Assembly (NCBI GenBank): GCA_963771275.1 | Contig: CAVYSW010000003.1 | Coordinates: 800,001-864,000 of the forward strand | Length of the DNA: 64,000 nt | Direction of reading: 5' to 3' | DNA from: an uncultured Gemmatimonadales bacterium | Lineage (GTDB): Bacteria > Gemmatimonadota > Gemmatimonadetes > Gemmatimonadales > GWC2-71-9 | Part shown: positions 43,424-54,172 of the stretch, piece after piece | Position numbering within the stretch: the stretch's first letter is position 1 | Layout: each line of letters begins with the position of its first letter | Position numbers and translations under genes: made by a program | The notes under the pieces: model-generated | Database searches by the model: none | Told to the model about the DNA's origin: nothing | What the model saw: only the letters and a program-made list of their open reading frames with translations

Positions 43424-45706
43424 ATGATCAGCTTCTTCAAGCGCCTGCTCGGCCTCGGTGAGGACGCGCCACGCGCGGCCGCGCCGTCGACGTCGTCGAA
43501 CGTGCGGCCTGCCCAGTCGTCGCCGCGGGTCCAGGACACTGGCCGGCGGGGCACCCAGGAGGAAGCGGGTGGTGAAGTGGTGAACCGATACTTCGAGCTC
43601 TCCGCTGAGATCGAGATGGGGAAGCGCGACCGAGATTATGCTCGCGCCGTCCGCGCCGCCCGGGCAACGTACTCGATCCTCCCAGCAGTCGTTCGGCAGT
43701 GGAAGCGCGAGTACGGCCGGTTTGACATCAACACGTCACACGCCGTCCATACGGCGCCCAAACTCATGGCCGTGATGGAGGACCGAGATGGTATCCGAGA
43801 GCTCCGCGCCGTGCTTGAGTCGGTGGAGGAGCTTCGTGACTGGCTGCCGTCCGCCGCGGAGGCGGAGGCCAACGTCGAGGTCGTGCCCCATATCGTGGCG
43901 CTCGTGGAGGCCGAGCCTGGGATCCTTCAGTCGTCCCTCAAGTCACGGCTCCCTGGAGCCGGCAACGCCGAGGCCGAGGCCGGATCCGCGATCTCGAACC
44001 TCGCCGCTTGGCTGGAGAAGGCCGGGCGCATTCAGCGAGTGAAGAGGGGCTTGAGCTACCGGCTCTATCCGGCCGGCTACCGCATCTCGACGGCGGCGGA
44101 ATCATCATCACCAACTTCTTCTTCGTCGAGGAGCGCCTCCTCGACTTGGCCATCATCAGCGTCCTCTTCCTCATCCTCTTCCCTCCTCGCCTCGGCTCGC
44201 CCGCCGCGCGCCCGGAACCGGCGCCCGGCGGCGAAGGCGCGCCTGCTCGATCTCGACTGGCTGCCCGTCGTGCGGCTCCCTCGGGCGCCGTTGCGGTGGG
44301 AGGAACGGGATCAACGTGAGACGGACGCCCAGAGCAGCGCAGCCAAGAAGACCAAGGCGTCCCGGAGCGGGAGATTCGAGGTGCGGGGCGAGGGTTGGGC
44401 GCTGGCTTCCGAGGAAAAGCTCGCCCCGGCCGACCGACCCGACCCCGCGTATAGGGACGTCTTCCCAACGGGCCGCTACACCCACTGGCTCGACCCGAGG
44501 GGAAGGCGGGAGGGCTTCGAATACGCCGCCTCCGTCTTGCGCGTGACGGACCGCGAGGGCCAGGTGGTGGCAGAGCGGGGCCTCGCGCACGACGTCTATC
44601 GGTCGGACGTCAACGCCGACGGGACCGGGATTCTCTTCCTCTCGCGCGAGGGGATGCTGCACGGCTACACCGAGGCGCTCGCGCCCTTCATCGAGGAGTC
44701 GCTGGCAGACCTCCCCGAGTACCGCGCCCAGGCCGACCGGTTCGGCATCGGCCCGCACGAGCTCAAGAACCACTCGCGGACCGTCGCCATCTCCTCCGAC
44801 CGGAGCCGCTACCTCGTCACCGTGGTGGACGAGGCGTGGTGTCTCGACACCGCGACCGGTCAAGTGGTGTGGGGCTTCCGGATGCCGTCCAAGGAAGGGT
44901 GGACCCGGGTCGTCGCCGACCGCTCGGAGCGCACGGGAACGAGCGCCGAGGTCGAGGCGGCGCTCCAGTTGATGCAGCTCGAGCTCCCGGTCACCCCCGA
45001 CAACATCACAAAGCAGTACCGGGTGCTCGCGATGCGGTTGCACCCTGACCGGAACCCGGGCGACCCGAAGGCGACCGCCCGGTTCCAGGAGCTGGGCGCC
45101 GCGATGGAGCTGCTGACGGGGTCCGATCTCTCCGGTCTCTCCGGCCGCGAGGTCGAGCGGGTGACGTACGAGCAGGTGCTCTCCACCTCCCGCGTCTCCG
45201 TGCCGGACGGACGCGGCGGGGCGGCTGACATGGAGTTCACCATTAGCATGGGCGTGAGCGAGAGCTTCGCCTCGGATTGGATCTACGCCGCCAACCTCGG
45301 GAAGGACGGTCGAGGGTTTCTCGCCGGGTACTCCGGCAAGGTGGTCGTAGTCTCCACCCGAGGGATCCCGGAGCGCGTCTACGACATCGGTTCGGTGCCG
45401 CGGCACATCGCCGACGCCGGGGAGCACCTCTATATCCTGACGGACACTCGGCTCTATGTCCTGGCCGGCGACCGCCTCGAGGCACTCGTCGACGTGTACG
45501 GGGCGAGCGACGTCGTGGTCGGCGACCGCGGCTTCGCGCTGCTCGAGTCGAAGGCGGTGACGTGGTACAACCCGGACGGCCGGCGCGTGGGCTCTGTTGA
45601 GACCAAGGATCCGCTCCGTCGCGTCCTTTCGACGAGCGGCGGGCTCGTAGTCGAGACACGACAGCACCGCGCGCGTGTCATTGGCGCGCCATCGTGGTGG
45701 GCGTGA
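43424..45706 (+). CDS. J-domain-containing multidomain protein
   Basis: ITKQYRVLAMRLHPDRNPGDPKATARFQEL; wHTH-like segment, Ser-rich linker, beta-rich flanks. Confidence 0.8.
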   Translation: MISFFKRLLGLGEDAPRAAAPSTSSNVRPAQSSPRVQDTGRRGTQEEAGGEVVNRYFELSAEIEMGKRDRDYARAVRAARATYSILPAVVRQWKREYGRFDINTSHAVHTAPKLMAVMEDRDGIRELRAVLESVEELRDWLPSAAEAEANVEVVPHIVALVEAEPGILQSSLKSRLPGAGNAEAEAGSAISNLAAWLEKAGRIQRVKRGLSYRLYPAGYRISTAAESSSPTSSSSRSASSTWPSSASSSSSSSLLASARPPRARNRRPAAKARLLDLDWLPVVRLPRAPLRWEERDQRETDAQSSAAKKTKASRSGRFEVRGEGWALASEEKLAPADRPDPAYRDVFPTGRYTHWLDPRGRREGFEYAASVLRVTDREGQVVAERGLAHDVYRSDVNADGTGILFLSREGMLHGYTEALAPFIEESLADLPEYRAQADRFGIGPHELKNHSRTVAISSDRSRYLVTVVDEAWCLDTATGQVVWGFRMPSKEGWTRVVADRSERTGTSAEVEAALQLMQLELPVTPDNITKQYRVLAMRLHPDRNPGDPKATARFQELGAAMELLTGSDLSGLSGREVERVTYEQVLSTSRVSVPDGRGGAADMEFTISMGVSESFASDWIYAANLGKDGRGFLAGYSGKVVVVSTRGIPERVYDIGSVPRHIADAGEHLYILTDTRLYVLAGDRLEALVDVYGASDVVVGDRGFALLESKAVTWYNPDGRRVGSVETKDPLRRVLSTSGGLVVETRQHRARVIGAPSWWA

Positions 45707-45887
45707 CGCGCTTGGGATGTGTCCGGCTCCAAAGGAGCACACCAGTAGGTGTGTCGGATGCGTCCCGCCTGCACCAGGCCTCGCTCTTGGAGTTGCTGAC
45801 CATCGTAGGGTGGGTTGCGGACACTGCGGCACGGTCCTACCAACAGCCACGGCAGGTGTGCCGAGCCGCGGGAGTACCTAACGCGCG

Positions 45888-46029
45888 GTCTAACAAGCGG
45901 TTGGACGCTGCCGGGCGCTCGATAGGCCGAGCGCCCGCGCTACGACTGGCGCCCTCGCGGCCGATAAGGAATCATGTGTTTGTGTGGTGTAGGCGACACG
46001 CCGGCAGCTTAAGCGCAAGTCCGTTAGGC
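45888..46029 (+). repeat. attC (142 bp)
   Basis: GTCTAAC...CAGCTTAAGCGCAAGTCCGTTAGGC. Confidence 0.85.
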
Positions 46030-46053
46030 GCATTCGCCGCCCGCCCCTGCTAA

Positions 46054-46579
<526 letters not shown>

Positions 46580-46581
46580 CC

Positions 46582-47941
46582 CGACCATATGAAAGCGCGG
46601 AGCTGCCCTCGGGCGGCTCCTAGGAGTTCCGGAGCAATGCCGCGAGGGCCACGTTCCCGTGGTCTCGCATAGGAGGCTCCGCATGCGCTGGGTCGGGCTG
46701 GATCTTCACAAGCGGTACATCACGGCGTGCGCGCTCAACGATGCCGGCCAGATCGTTGGCGAACATCGGCGACTGCCGCCGGACATGGACGCGCTCGTCG
46801 CATGGATCGCGGCCCTGGGCGACGCCGTGACCGTGGCGATGGAAGCGACGCTGTATTGGGCGTGGCTCCACGAGCGGTTGAGCGCCGCAGGGATCGCGGC
46901 CGTGGCCGCGCATCCCTACCAGGTGAAGCTCATCTGGCAGGCGCGTTGCAAGACCGACCCCATCGATGCGCGCAAACTCGCCGAGTTACTCCGCACCAAC
47001 CTGCTGCCCGTGATCTGGGTGCCGGATGCCACGGTCCGGGCGCGCCGGCACCTGCTGCGGGGCCGAGCCTACTTGGTGCGGGTGCGCACGCAGCTGAAGA
47101 ATCGCATTCACGGGCATCTCACGACCGAGAACTGTCGGACCACCGTGACGGATCTCTACGGGCGCGCGGGGCGGGCGTGGCTCGCGACCGTGGCCCTCTC
47201 CCCGGCGGGGCGCGTCCAGGTGGATCTGCTGCTCGAGTTGGTGGATGCCCTCGACGTCCGGATTCACAGTCTCGACGATCGGGTGAAGCGCCTGGTGCAG
47301 GGCGATCCCGTGGCGCAGCGGCTGCAGACCTGGCCGGGCATCGGGACCTTCGGGGCAGCGCTCCTACTCGCCGAGATCGGGACGATTCACCGGTTCCACT
47401 CGGCGCACGAGCTGGCGGCCTATGCGGGACTCACGCCGAGCACACAGAGCTCCGGGGACAAGACGCGGCACGGCTCGGTGGGGCGGGCGGGGAGCCCCTG
47501 GCTCAAGTGGATCCTGATCGAGATCGTGCAGCGCCTGAAGCTGGCGCCGGGGCCGGTGGGGCAGCAGTATCAGAAGCTGCTGCGCTCCAAAGGCAAGGCG
47601 AAGGCCACGGTGGCGGCGGCACGGAAGCTGTGCTGCGATCTCTATTGGTGTCTCAGGGAGGCGTGGAGCTACGACGCGTGGCTCCGGCAGCATGAAAAGC
47701 TGGAGGTGCGCCCGAGGCAAACGCTGGGCTCGGCGGCGTAGGGCAGCCGTCCCCCCGGTAACCCGAATGGGCCACCTCCTTCGAACGAATGCTCCTGGAC
47801 CGCCGCGTCCGCAGAGGCGCGTGAAGCCAGCTTCGAGCTGCGCTCGACGGTGAAGGAGCTGTGGCGATTCGTGGGGCGCAGGACGCGGCCGCCCCGGCGG
47901 TCATGGGGAAGGTACGTCGGTTTGACAACCGCGCTTTCAGA
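46582..47941 (+). mobile_element. IS110 family, IS1111-type element
   Basis: Subterminal IRs TGAAAGCGCGG (46590-46600) / CCGCGCTTTCA (47929-47939); ~190-nt 3' non-coding region. Confidence 0.9.
46683..47741 (+). CDS. IS110-family transposase
   Basis: GLDLHK, MEAT, KTDPIDA, QSSG; RBS AGGAGG. Confidence 0.95.
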   Translation: MRWVGLDLHKRYITACALNDAGQIVGEHRRLPPDMDALVAWIAALGDAVTVAMEATLYWAWLHERLSAAGIAAVAAHPYQVKLIWQARCKTDPIDARKLAELLRTNLLPVIWVPDATVRARRHLLRGRAYLVRVRTQLKNRIHGHLTTENCRTTVTDLYGRAGRAWLATVALSPAGRVQVDLLLELVDALDVRIHSLDDRVKRLVQGDPVAQRLQTWPGIGTFGAALLLAEIGTIHRFHSAHELAAYAGLTPSTQSSGDKTRHGSVGRAGSPWLKWILIEIVQRLKLAPGPVGQQYQKLLRSKGKAKATVAAARKLCCDLYWCLREAWSYDAWLRQHEKLEVRPRQTLGSAA

Positions 47942-48087
47942 GGCGCGCTTGAAGCTGACCGGCGCGCCGCCGGGCGGTAGATATGAGGGGCTGGTGGGCT
48001 CCAGGAGCAGATCATTGACCAGACGTCTCGCCTGGTGCACGTTCGCGCCGGCAGCTTAAGCGCAGAGTCGTTAGACCGCGTCACCCT

Positions 48088-49293
48088 ATGTCCCACGCTC
48101 CGATGCCACCTTGGGTCTCCCCAGTCATCACGCTCCCGCTCGCGCTCGCGATCGCCTGCGGAACAGAGCTGTCACCCACGGTCAAGCGCTCGACGGCCGT
48201 CCAAGATTCGAGCGGAGTGCAGGTTGTCACTCACCAACTTGACTTCTATCGGCCCATTCGGCGCCTTGATGGCGACGTTCTGGAGATCGGTTCGGAGGTC
48301 GCGAACGATCCCAACTACGAGTTCTTTCACATAACGGACGTCGAGCTATTACAGGACGCGATGGTCATAAGCCAGGGTAACGGCGAGATTCGGGTCTTCA
48401 CCCCGGAAGGCAGGTTTCGGCAGCAGATCGGTCACCTAGGCGCCGGCCCCGGGGAGTTTAGATCGGTCGACTGGATGGCGGCGGTTGGAGACACTCTCGT
48501 GGTGTCTGACCCAGTCCAACATCGTGTATCTCTCTTCACGACCGCAGGTCAATTCTTGGAAAGCTGGATGCTGAACACCGTCCCACTCAAGCCCAATTAC
48601 GGGGCGGCGTGGGCTGTCGGTGCCATGGGCACCGGGCGCTTGCTGTTGAGAACCCGGGAATGGGGCGGGCACGATGTCGGCACGACGATCCGTAGGACTA
48701 CCAACGCCATTCTCTGGTCGCCTCGCTTCCGGACGACGCTCGCGGTCGGAGCGTTCCCTGGAAACGAGGTCCTCGCCCAAAGCATGGGGCTCCCACCGTT
48801 TCGGCGCACTCTGCTCCTGGGCGTCCTGGGTGCCAGTCGTACCATCGCAGTGGATACGGAGCATCCTGAGGTGCGTGTCTTCGTCGGTGACCGGCTCCTG
48901 CAGATCATCAGACTGAGCGGCAATCAAAGCCGGGACGTGAACAAGGCCACCGTCGACGACCTCGTTGCGGACCAGATGACATTCATACCGGATCGCGAGA
49001 CTCAACGACGAGTCGCGGCAAACACGCGCGGGTCTGTGACGCACACCTCTACACCCGCGCTCGGAGACCTTGTCGTAGGGACGGACTCGAGCATTTGGAT
49101 TTCTAGCTACGCTGTTGCCTCGCGTGGTCCCTTCTTTTGGATTGTCATGGACCGTGACGGTGCGATGGAAACCACCGTGGAAGTCCCAGAGTACCATGTT
49201 GTGGCCGCGGTGAACGACCGGTTCGTTGCCACGATTCACCGATCTCACGACACCGATGTGGAGACTGTGCGCCTCTTCACTCGGAGGGACTGA
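48088..49293 (+). CDS. Cassette: 6-bladed beta-propeller lipoprotein
   Basis: Lipobox AIAC; IGHLGAGPGEF motif. Confidence 0.8.
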   Translation: MSHAPMPPWVSPVITLPLALAIACGTELSPTVKRSTAVQDSSGVQVVTHQLDFYRPIRRLDGDVLEIGSEVANDPNYEFFHITDVELLQDAMVISQGNGEIRVFTPEGRFRQQIGHLGAGPGEFRSVDWMAAVGDTLVVSDPVQHRVSLFTTAGQFLESWMLNTVPLKPNYGAAWAVGAMGTGRLLLRTREWGGHDVGTTIRRTTNAILWSPRFRTTLAVGAFPGNEVLAQSMGLPPFRRTLLLGVLGASRTIAVDTEHPEVRVFVGDRLLQIIRLSGNQSRDVNKATVDDLVADQMTFIPDRETQRRVAANTRGSVTHTSTPALGDLVVGTDSSIWISSYAVASRGPFFWIVMDRDGAMETTVEVPEYHVVAAVNDRFVATIHRSHDTDVETVRLFTRRD

Positions 49294-49309
49294 GCATTTT
49301 CTGGACGCG

Positions 49310-49451
49310 GTCTAACCGGCGCGCTTGAAGCTGACCGGCGCGCCGCCGGGCGTAGCGATGAGCGCATGGCACTTTCCCGGACCAGGTCATTGACCAGACG
49401 AATTGGCTGGTGCACTTTCGCGCCGGCAGCTTAAGCGCAGAGTCGTTAGAC
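49310..49451 (+). repeat. attC (intact)
   Basis: GTCTAAC...CAGCTTAAGCGCAGAGTCGTTAGAC. Confidence 0.92.
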
Positions 49452-49778
49452 GGCCACAGCCACCCTCTTGCGTTCGATGGCCTTCGCGATGTCCCGCGGC
49501 TTGGCTCCGAGGGACAAGAGCGAGCGCAACAGCAGGTCCAGCGACACCGACGGGTCCCCAGCTTCCATCTTCGCGACGCGGGACTGGCTCGAACCCAGCT
49601 GCTTTGCCAATGCAACCTGTGTGAGGCGCGCCGCCCGCCGCCGCGCCCGCAATGACTCGCTCAGGGCCACCCGAAGCTCCACCAGAGCAGCCTCCTCCGC
49701 GTTCAGGCCGAGGAACTCCGTGGCCGAGCCAACGCGCCACCCCTTCGCTTCAAGGCGCTTCCGCTTCGTCTGCTTCAT
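49446..49778 (-). CDS. HigA-like XRE antitoxin
   Basis: LTQVALAKQLGSSQSRVAKME HTH. Confidence 0.88.
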   Translation of the reverse strand: MKQTKRKRLEAKGWRVGSATEFLGLNAEEAALVELRVALSESLRARRRAARLTQVALAKQLGSSQSRVAKMEAGDPSVSLDLLLRSLLSLGAKPRDIAKAIERKRVAVAV

Positions 49779-50128
49779 ACTCCCTCCTCGCTCTCGGCAG
49801 CGCGATCGTAGGCCCGGAGCCGCCGCCGACAGACGTCGATCACGTGGCGCGGCGTCAGCGCCGTCTTCTTGCTGAACACGTCCGCGATCACGATCGCGTC
49901 CCGGTCCACCCGATAGACCAGACGCCACGTGGTGTCCGCATCGCGCACGCGCAGTTCATGGCAATGGGGCCCAATCGCCGGCATCGGCCGCGACTGCGGC
50001 AGCGTCAACATGTGACCCCCCTGCACTTGCCGGAGTAACACGCCCGCCTCGACGCGAGCCGCTGCCGAGAATGGCGGGGTCTTGACCTCCCCATGGAGCC
50101 AGACCAGCGGCTTGTCGCCCAAGGCCAT
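49775..50128 (-). CDS. RelE/HigB (Gp49-like) toxin
   Basis: KTPPFS...CHELRVRD...WRLVYR...VFSKK. Confidence 0.88.
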   Translation of the reverse strand: MALGDKPLVWLHGEVKTPPFSAAARVEAGVLLRQVQGGHMLTLPQSRPMPAIGPHCHELRVRDADTTWRLVYRVDRDAIVIADVFSKKTALTPRHVIDVCRRRLRAYDRAAESEEGV

Positions 50129-50135
50129 GAGGAAG

Positions 50136-50157
50136 TATATGTCATATGCGACATATA
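50136..50157. promoter_or_regulatory. Palindromic operator of the TA operon
   Basis: TATATGTC-N6-GACATATA just upstream of the toxin ATG. Confidence 0.7.
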
Positions 50158-50170
50158 GGCAAGTGGCCGT

Positions 50171-51389
50171 CTCTAACCGGCGCTTGAAGCTGCCCGGCGC
50201 CTGCGCCGGGCCTAGGATTGAGCGCCTGGGACTCTCCGGGACCAGGTCATTGACCAGACGCGCCTCGCCTGGTGCACTCTCGCGCCGGCAGCTTTCTGTG
50301 AAGCGGTGCCCCGCGTCAAGCCCCCCCCCGAGCTTGCCATCGCTCCCTTCCTCCGTTGTCCCGCCCGTCTCGAGGTGCTGCTCAGCCTTCTGTGCGCGCT
50401 CGTCGTTGAGGCTCGTCGGCCTCGGCGCATCGGGGTGGTACGAAGGAGCGGACGGCGCCAACTAAGCGACGGCCTCGTGCGGCGGCCATACGCTGCCGCG
50501 CTCTCGACCTGGTGCGACCGCAGGATCCGCCAGGCGGCCTCGACCAGCAGGTAGCGGACCCGCCGATTCCCCGCCTTGGTGATCGGCCCCACGCGGCGCG
50601 GTTCGTTCGAGCTGCGCTCCCCGGGCACCACCCCCAGATAGGCCTCGAACTGGTGCGCCGCGGCAAACCGGGTGATGTCATCGATCGTCGCGTTGAGCGG
50701 CGTGAGCAGGGTGACCAGCGGGGCCAGCTCGGCGGCCAGCGTCGGCGACACCGGGAGCGCCTCGAGCTGCGCCCCCCACCCGCTCGGCCGCGCTGCTCGG
50801 CACCCGCAGGCCGTCGCGGCGCACCAGCGCCTTGGCGAGGGCGACGGAGCGCGTGCGGGTGCGCACCAACGCCTCCCGCACCGCCAGCTCCGCCCGCACA
50901 GGGCGCCGCGGCTCCGCGAGGCGGTGGGCCCGCCGATAGGTGCCCGCCTGACAGGCCTCCATCAACGTCCGCGCGTCCCGCTTGTCCGTCTTCACCCGCC
51001 GCGAGCGGGTGGCGTACATCGGCGCGTCGTTCGGATCCGCCACGATCACCGCGTGCCCCAACGATTCCAGATGCCGCGCCACCCACTCACTCTCCGTGCT
51101 CGCCTCCAGCAGCACCCGCGCCGGCGGCCGATCGGCCAAGACGGCAGTGAATCGCTCGCGGCTCGTCACGATCCGCCGGTCGGCGATCGTCCCGTCCGCG
51201 TGCCCGATGCAGAGCTGGCTCTCGCGTTTGTGCAGATCAAGCCCTATCGTATCCATTGGTAGCTGGCCTCCCGGTTGCGCCCCGTCGCAAGACGGTGAGC
51301 GCGTGAAAAGCGTGTGGGGCAAGCTTGCCACCACGGAACCGTGGAGGTCAGCTACCGCTTCATACCAACTAAGCGCATGTCCGTCAGGC
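50171..51389 (+). repeat. attC split in L' by an IS1111-type element; R' mutated (GTCAGGC)
   Basis: CTCTAAC...CAGCTT | AAGCGCATGTCCGTCAGGC. Confidence 0.85.
50295..51370 (-). mobile_element. Decayed IS1111-type element with a frameshifted, deleted transposase
   Basis: IRs TGAAGCGGT (50299-50307) / ACCGCTTCA (51354-51362); MDTIGLDLHK, LEAS, KTDKRDA, ITKAGN in broken frames. Confidence 0.85.
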
Positions 51390-51393
51390 TGCG

Positions 51394-52597
51394 ATGAGAA
51401 GACGGCTCCGTTTTCCGATATGCTTCGCCGCCTGGCTTTGTTCGCAGGCGCTCGCTGTGAGCGCATGTCGCGTTCAGAGACCCACAGCAACGCCCCAAGC
51501 CTACGACAGTGCTGGCGTGCACGTCGTCGAACTCTCACTACGCGATCCATCGCGATGGGCCTTGTCTCCCGAGCCAGTTCTGGATCTGTCGACCTCCGAT
51601 GACGCGACTCGCGAGTTCTTTCACGTAACCGCTGGCATCTTTCTCTCGGACAGCGCGATCGCCATCGTCAACGCGGGCACCTACCAGGTACGAGTCTTCG
51701 CCCCGGGTGGCGCACTTGAGATCGAGTTTGGCCGGGCGGGCGACGGCCCAGGCGAGTTCCGAGGGCCGTACCGCATCTTCGAGGTGCTCGGGAGCTGGCC
51801 TCGCGGTACACGATATCTTCCGAGCAACCCTGTCGCTCTTTGACCGCACCGGCCACCTCCTCATTACGGCATCTCTGCCCCACGTGGCCGTCTGGTCCAC
51901 GGTGCTTGGTTGGCTCCAAGAGGATCGAGTGCTCCTTGGTTACTGGACCGTGGCACCGCTACTTCAGGAATTCCAACAACAGTTCACGCAATACCTCTCC
52001 TACTCTTGGACGAATGGGATCGTGGACTCTCTCGCACGCATCCCCTCAGGTACGATTGGCTTCATCGGGGGCCTCGAGCCATGGGGCGTCATAGGCGGCG
52101 CCCTCTTCGAGGCACAAGCGCACGCGGCGACCGTCGCCGGTCTGGCCATCCTCGGAGACGGAGCGGTACCCGAGCTTCGCTTGGTCGACAGACAGGGGGT
52201 CCTAAAGCGCATTCTGCGTTGGCACCACGACCCCAAACCGGTCAGGGCCGGAGACCTGGAAGCGTATCGGGCCGCGAGGCTCGGTGAGCGCCCCGATCCG
52301 GCCGACCGAGCCATGATGAAGAAGCAGTTGGCCGCTACGCCTGTGTCTCAACAGTTTCCGGCCTTCGCTGACATTAGGTCCGACCGCGACGGTCGAATCT
52401 GGATACAGAGCTATGTGCAACCGGGAGCGCGGACCCAGGTCTGGCACGTGGTTCGCCTCGACGGCAACCTGATTGCAGCCGTGGAGCTACCCCTTCGGAC
52501 GCAACTGCTAGATGCTGTATCGGATAAGGTGCTAGTTGTCGAACCTGATGAGTTCGACGTGGAGCATGTTCGGGTGTATCGAATACGTCAAAGGTAG
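51394..52597 (+). pseudogene. Cassette: second 6-bladed propeller lipoprotein, frameshifted near 51790
   Basis: Lipobox VSAC, FGRAGDGPGEF; C-terminal half in another frame. Confidence 0.7.
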
Positions 52598-52611
52598 GGG
52601 CCCATCGCAGC

Positions 52612-52752
52612 CTCTAACCGGCGCTTACGCTGCCCCGCCCAGTACGTTCACGAAGGAACAACAGGTTGGCCGCGTGGTGAATTCGCAGGTACGTTCACGT
52701 CACGTTGCTGCTGCGAGTTGGGGTCGGCAGCTTAAGCGCAGGTCCACTAGCC
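52612..52752 (+). repeat. attC with degenerate R' (ACTAGCC)
   Basis: CTCTAAC...CAGCTTAAGCGCAGGTCC-ACTAGCC. Confidence 0.8.
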
Positions 52753-52813
52753 AGGCGCTGCTCCCTTCCGTCGCCCCACTTGCGGGTAGTACGCCAATGG
52801 CGTACCTTTCCCC

Positions 52814-53132
52814 ATGCGCTTCGTCGAGACCCCCGTCTTTCACGCAGACGATCCAGCGGCTCCTGACGGACGACGAGTACCGGCGCTTGCAGCTCGCCCT
52901 CCTGCTGCGCCCAGAACAGGGCGCGCTGATCCCCGGGTCCGGCGGGCTCCGGAAGATGCGTTGGGCCGCCAGCAGCACCGGCAAGCGCGGGGGCCTTCGG
53001 GTCATCTACTACTGGACCGCCGGGAGGGACGTCGCTTACATGCTGTTCGCGTATCGGAAGAACGTCCAAGAGGACCTGACCCCGGCACAATTGCGCGTGC
53101 TCCGGCGGCTCGTGCAGGAGGAACTGGAATGA
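52814..53132 (+). pseudogene. RelE/HigB-2-like toxin with a +1 frameshift near 52839
   Basis: MRFVETPVF / TQTIQRLL...GSGGLRKMRW..GKRGGLRVIYY; one extra T (possible sequencing error). Confidence 0.8.
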
Positions 53133-53419
53133 GGAAGCAGGACTTCGACCAACTGGTGCTGAGCATCAAGCAGGCCGGGCGGATCCGGCGCGGCCAGGCG
53201 CGCCCGGCGCGGGTCACCGTGTTCAAGCCCGCGGACGTCCGCGCGGTGCGCGCGCGCCTCGGGCTCTCCCAGCCAGAATTCGCGCTGCTGATCGGGGTGA
53301 GTTTGGCGACCCTCCGCAACTGGGAACAGGGACGCCGGGTCCCCGAAGGCCCCGCCCGGGCTCTCTTGCGGGTCGCGGCCGCAAATCCCCACGCCGTGGC
53401 GGCAGCCCTTGGAGCATGA
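53129..53419 (+). CDS. HigA/NadS-like HTH antitoxin
   Basis: LSQPEFALLIGVSLATLRNWEQGRR; ATGA coupling. Confidence 0.9.
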   Translation: MRKQDFDQLVLSIKQAGRIRRGQARPARVTVFKPADVRAVRARLGLSQPEFALLIGVSLATLRNWEQGRRVPEGPARALLRVAAANPHAVAAALGA

Positions 53420-53428
53420 ACACGCGCT

Positions 53429-53574
53429 GGCTAACCGGCGCTTGAAGCTGCCCGTCCGGGTACGTTCACGAAGGAAAAGGTCTTTGCTCGCGTGGTGAAT
53501 TCCTGGGTACGTTCATTGACACACGTTGCTGCTGGTGAGCTAGGGCCGGCAGCTTAAGCGCAGAGTCGTGAGGC
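53429..53574 (+). repeat. Terminal attC with degenerate R' (GTGAGGC)
   Basis: GGCTAAC...CAGCTTAAGCGCAGAGTC-GTGAGGC. Confidence 0.85.
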
Positions 53575-53650
53575 GGCGCATGTTGATGGCGCTCGTCCTC
53601 ACTCGAACTGCGGCGACGTTGCCAACCCAAGTGAGTGTGACGAGGTCTCC

Positions 53651-54136
53651 ATGACCACAAAGAAGGGCACGCAGAAGTCCGCCAAGAGCACCACTGCGAC
53701 CGGCGTGAAGTCCATGGGATTCACGGACGAGGAACGAGCTGCGATGAAGGAGCGTGCCCAAGAGCTGAAGGCGGAAGCGCGCCGCGGCTCGCGCGCCGAC
53801 CAGGCGGACGGGGAAAGCGCCGCGCTCGCGAAGATCGCCGAGATGCAGGAACCGGATCGCGCCGTGGCCCAGCGGCTCCATGCTCTCATCAAAGCCAGCG
53901 TGCCCGCCCTCTCGTCGAGAACCTGGTATGGGATGCCCGCCTACGCCAAGGACGGCAAGGTCGTCTGCTTCTTCCAAAGCGCGCAGAAGTTCAAGTCGAG
54001 GTACGCGACGTTCGGCTTCACCGACGAGGCGAACCTCGACGACGGCGCCATGTGGCCGACCTCCTTCGCGCTGACGGCGCTGACTGCCGCCGAGGCGGCA
54101 AGGATCGCCGCGCTCGTGAAGCAGGCGGTGAGCTGA
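53651..54136 (+). CDS. DUF1801/YdhG-like protein
   Basis: [18 protein letters not shown]...MWPTSFAL. Confidence 0.85.
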   Translation: MTTKKGTQKSAKSTTATGVKSMGFTDEERAAMKERAQELKAEARRGSRADQADGESAALAKIAEMQEPDRAVAQRLHALIKASVPALSSRTWYGMPAYAKDGKVVCFFQSAQKFKSRYATFGFTDEANLDDGAMWPTSFALTALTAAEAARIAALVKQAVS

Positions 54137-54172
54137 GGACTGCCGGCCCCCCGGCCGCTTCTCGGATTCAAG

